Below, in pieces: positions 61,187-64,000 of a DNA stretch of 64,000 nt. This stretch comes from Bacillota bacterium (GTDB taxonomy: Bacteria; Bacillota; JAAYKD01), in assembly GCA_963666425.2 (NCBI GenBank), contig OY762825.2:96001-160000 (forward strand), given 5' to 3'. Made by a program: the position numbers and the translations under genes. Position 1 is the stretch's first letter; each line of letters begins with the position of its first letter. The notes under the pieces are model-generated. The model saw only the letters and a program-made list of their open reading frames with translations, searched no databases and was not told where the DNA came from.

Positions 61187-61975
61187 ATGCGTATTTTATT
61201 TATCGGTGATGTGGTAGGTCAGACCGGCTGCAGAATTGTGCAGGAGCAGCTGCCTCAATTCAGACGGAAAAATAATATTCAGAGCGTGATAGCGAATGGA
61301 GAAAATGCTTGGCGCGGCAAGGGGCTGAGCCGCGAGGTTGCCGACCAGCTTTTTGGCAGTGGAGTCGATCTGATCAGCAGCGGCAATCACATTTGGGACC
61401 AAAAAGCGGTTTTTGATTTTATTGATCAGGAGGATCGTTTGATCCGGCCTGCCAATTATCCGGCAGGGGTGCCCGGTCGCGGCTGGACCAGTTGCTGGGT
61501 GGGCAGCACAGGCATTCAGATTGCTTTGATCAATTTGCTGGGCCGCGTTTTTTTGGCAGAAGTCGATTCCCCCTTTACGGTGTTGGACCGGGTCTTAGCG
61601 GAGATCCCACCGGAGATTAAAATCCGCATTCTCGATTTTCACGCAGAAGCCACTTCGGAGAAGTTAGCGATGGCTTATTATGCTGAGGGGAAAGTTTCAG
61701 CCCTTTTGGGTACTCATACGCATGTGCAAACGGCTGACGAACAGATTTTCAAGCAGGGAATGGCCTATATTACCGATGTAGGGATGACCGGTGCACTGAC
61801 ATCAATTCTGGGTACAAAAGTGGAACCGGTGCTGTATCGATTTTTAACCGCTTTACCGGCTCGTTTTGAACCGGCGGAAGGTCCGGGACAGTTCAACGCA
61901 GTGATTCTGGAAATCAGCGAGAACAATGGTCAAACCAGCAAAATCGAAAGAGTCAACTGGAAAGAAATTTCATAA
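61187..61975 (+). CDS. ymdB: YmdB/TIGR00282 metallophosphoesterase
   Basis: FIGDVVG, NGEN, SGNH, DFHAEATSEK, GTHTHVQT. Confidence 0.93.
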   Translation: MRILFIGDVVGQTGCRIVQEQLPQFRRKNNIQSVIANGENAWRGKGLSREVADQLFGSGVDLISSGNHIWDQKAVFDFIDQEDRLIRPANYPAGVPGRGWTSCWVGSTGIQIALINLLGRVFLAEVDSPFTVLDRVLAEIPPEIKIRILDFHAEATSEKLAMAYYAEGKVSALLGTHTHVQTADEQIFKQGMAYITDVGMTGALTSILGTKVEPVLYRFLTALPARFEPAEGPGQFNAVILEISENNGQTSKIERVNWKEIS

Positions 61976-62027
61976 TCGCCGTTTCTATTTGCTCTGATGT
62001 TAGGGCAATTCAAACAATAATAGTCCA

Positions 62028-62053
62028 CATTGGCCCATTATAAAGGGCCAATG
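62028..62053. promoter_or_regulatory. Palindromic candidate GntR operator
   Basis: CATTGGCCC-N8-GGGCCAATG, perfect 9-bp arms, no U-tract. Confidence 0.55.
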
Positions 62054-62185
62054 ATCTCTGAGTACAGAAATAGACATAATGAATATTGTGATTTTAAAAG
62101 GTTTTTGCAAAGAAAAAGAGAAATATGAGAATGATTTCTGTTTCTTGTCTGCCTTGCAGACCAAAATTGGCTTAAGGAGGAAATT

Positions 62186-63157
62186 GTGGACCTGTCCAAT
62201 ATTTATCTAGACAAAAAGAATGGTGTGCCACTTTACCTTCAGCTTTCTGAACAACTTAAAAGCATGATCCTCAGTGGTACTCTTTCCACCGGCGAACGTC
62301 TTGCTACGGAAAGGACAATGTCGGAGAAGCTGCAGGTCAGTCGGAACACGATCAGTCTGGCATACTACGAATTAGAATCCGAAGGGTTAGTGATTTCACG
62401 TCAAGGCAGTGGTACTTATGTTGCTGATTTGGAGCGCCGTCTTCAACAAATCGACCGACGCCAGGCATTGATGAAGTCGATCGATAATGTCATCAAAGAA
62501 GCAGCGGAGAACGGCTATACCTTGGAGGAATTCACCAGCTTATTTTCGGGTTGTATCCGTGAGTGCCAGGGCCATTTCAAAAAAGTCCATCTTATTTTCA
62601 TCGAATGCAATCACGAACAGGCGGATTATTTCGCCAAAGAAATCGAATTGGGTTCCGGCGTGACCGTCGAACCGGTCTTGTTGGAAGATTTGCAGAGTAA
62701 ACGAGATTCTTTACAAAAAGCAGATCTGATTGTTACGACTTTTTATCATTTAGAGGAAGTGACTGCGTTTATGCCGGAACGCAGAGATACCATTCTGGGA
62801 ATTGCCCAAGATCCTCAGGTGGATACGATTGTGAAGATCGCTACCCTGTCGAAGACAGAGAAAATCGGTTTAGTTTCTTCATCGGATGTATTTGCTACAG
62901 ATGTCATTCGTTCTATTCAGAATTCCGGAATTCCGGGTTTGAAATTTGTCAGAACAACTTCCAGAAATCCTGAAATTGTCAGACAATTGATTGATTCGGT
63001 CGAAGTTGTCGTCGTATCACCTGGCCGCAAAGAAGAAGTGCAGAAGCTGGTGGGACGCCGCCCCATTGAAGTGATAGAATTTATCTATCGTCCGGATATG
63101 GGATCGATCAATTTGCTCAAGAATGCTGTGTTGCGTTTGCGTGACAGGAAAGACTAA
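62186..63157 (+). CDS. GntR family regulator with a long C-terminal domain
   Basis: PLYLQL, GERLATER, VSRNTI..AY..L..EG...QGSGTYV. Confidence 0.88.
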   Translation: MDLSNIYLDKKNGVPLYLQLSEQLKSMILSGTLSTGERLATERTMSEKLQVSRNTISLAYYELESEGLVISRQGSGTYVADLERRLQQIDRRQALMKSIDNVIKEAAENGYTLEEFTSLFSGCIRECQGHFKKVHLIFIECNHEQADYFAKEIELGSGVTVEPVLLEDLQSKRDSLQKADLIVTTFYHLEEVTAFMPERRDTILGIAQDPQVDTIVKIATLSKTEKIGLVSSSDVFATDVIRSIQNSGIPGLKFVRTTSRNPEIVRQLIDSVEVVVVSPGRKEEVQKLVGRRPIEVIEFIYRPDMGSINLLKNAVLRLRDRKD

Positions 63158-63174
63158 AGGAGGTAATTTGTGTT

Positions 63175-63393
63175 ATGGACAACAATCCAAAGAATCGGGT
63201 TGTGACAATCAACGAAAAATGGTGCAAAGCCTGCGGAATTTGTATGGCTTTTTGCCCCAAAAAAGCGCTGACACCGCAAAAGAACGGGAAACCGACTTGG
63301 AACAGCGAGTTATGTATCCGCTGTGGTCAATGTGAAATGCGGTGCCCTGATTTCGCCATTTACTTGGAAGACGGGAAGGAGGAGACAAAATGA
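63175..63393 (+). CDS. 2x[4Fe-4S] ferredoxin-like delta subunit of a 2-oxoacid:ferredoxin oxidoreductase
   Basis: CKACGIC...CP and CIRCGQC...CPDFAI. Confidence 0.9.
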   Translation: MDNNPKNRVVTINEKWCKACGICMAFCPKKALTPQKNGKPTWNSELCIRCGQCEMRCPDFAIYLEDGKEETK

Positions 63394-64000
63394 CGAAGGC
63401 AAAACTGATCCAGGGCAATGAAGCCTGCGTGGCTGGTGCCTTAGCGGCCGGCTGCAGTTTCTTTGCCGGCTATCCCATTACCCCATCCACGGAAATTGCA
63501 GAATTATTGGCAGAAAATTTACCGAAAACAGGCGGCAGATTCATCCAGATGGAAGATGAAATTTCCAGTATGGGCGCTGTGATCGGCGCTAGTCTGACCG
63601 GCAGAAAATCGATGACTGCAACATCCGGACCGGGATTTTCTCTCAAGCAGGAAAATATCGGCTTTGCCGCGATTACAGAAGTTCCATGTGTGATTGTCGA
63701 TGTGCAGCGTGCCGGTCCCAGTACCGGTGTTCCCACCGCGCCAGCACAGGGAGATGTGATGCAAGCACGTTGGGGAACCCATGGTGATCATCCGATGATC
63801 GCACTGTCTCCCTCTTCAGTACGCGAGACATTCGACTTAACAGTGCGTGCCTTCAATTTATCCGAAAAATATCGTACTCCTGTCATCCTCTTAATGGATG
63901 AAATCGTCTCCCATATGCGCGAGCGGATGGAAACACCGGAAGTGGGAACTTATGAAGTGATTGACCGCGCGAAGCCAACCGGTTCACCGGCGGATTACTC
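63390..64000 (+). CDS. 2-oxoacid:acceptor oxidoreductase alpha subunit (3' truncated by window)
   Basis: MTKAKLIQGNEAC...FAGYPITPSTE, QMEDE, TATSGPG, QRAGPSTG. Confidence 0.92.
   Translation, partial: MTKAKLIQGNEACVAGALAAGCSFFAGYPITPSTEIAELLAENLPKTGGRFIQMEDEISSMGAVIGASLTGRKSMTATSGPGFSLKQENIGFAAITEVPCVIVDVQRAGPSTGVPTAPAQGDVMQARWGTHGDHPMIALSPSSVRETFDLTVRAFNLSEKYRTPVILLMDEIVSHMRERMETPEVGTYEVIDRAKPTGSPADY

Noticed and set aside
1-64000. Genetic code reassignment (CGG/AGG/TGA)
   Set aside because: CGG occurs at conserved Arg positions (for example in RecA) and TGA ends many genes at the expected length

Overview
This window is a mostly housekeeping chromosomal segment of a probably anaerobic, spore-forming Bacillota (Clostridia/Negativicutes-like gene order). 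The order is: fba; an ArsR-controlled permease/thioredoxin/CcdA cassette with a decayed DGC gene; a phage-like orphan pair (M28/M20 peptidase plus a WSSC-motif protein); miaB-mutS-mutL-miaA-hfq; an ECF S component; a YheC/D ATP-grasp gene; yabE-like-gerM-marR-rph-rdgB; four tRNAs; a GtrB/GtrA/GT-C glycosylation cassette; frameshifted comM-phosphoesterase-dprA-topA-trmFO; rpsB-tsf-pyrH-frr-uppS-cdsA-dxr-rseP-ispG; rimP-nusA-ylxR-infB-rbfA-nrnA-truB-ribF-like-rpsO; pnp; dut; a STAS-like/wHTH gene-recA-recX; rny; ymdB; and gntR with a 2-oxoacid:ferredoxin oxidoreductase operon cut by the window edge. I found no CRISPR array, integrase, transposase or rRNA. The best leads are all hypotheses: (1) a STAS-like/wHTH regulator with its own palindromic operator heads recA-recX and no LexA box is visible; (2) a ~60-bp imperfect direct repeat containing a sigmaH-type promoter brackets the Gtr cassette and precedes comM; (3) the phage-type peptidase/WSSC pair has no other phage genes around it; (4) sigmaH-type promoters recur across the window. 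All calls come from motif recognition by eye, with no database searches.
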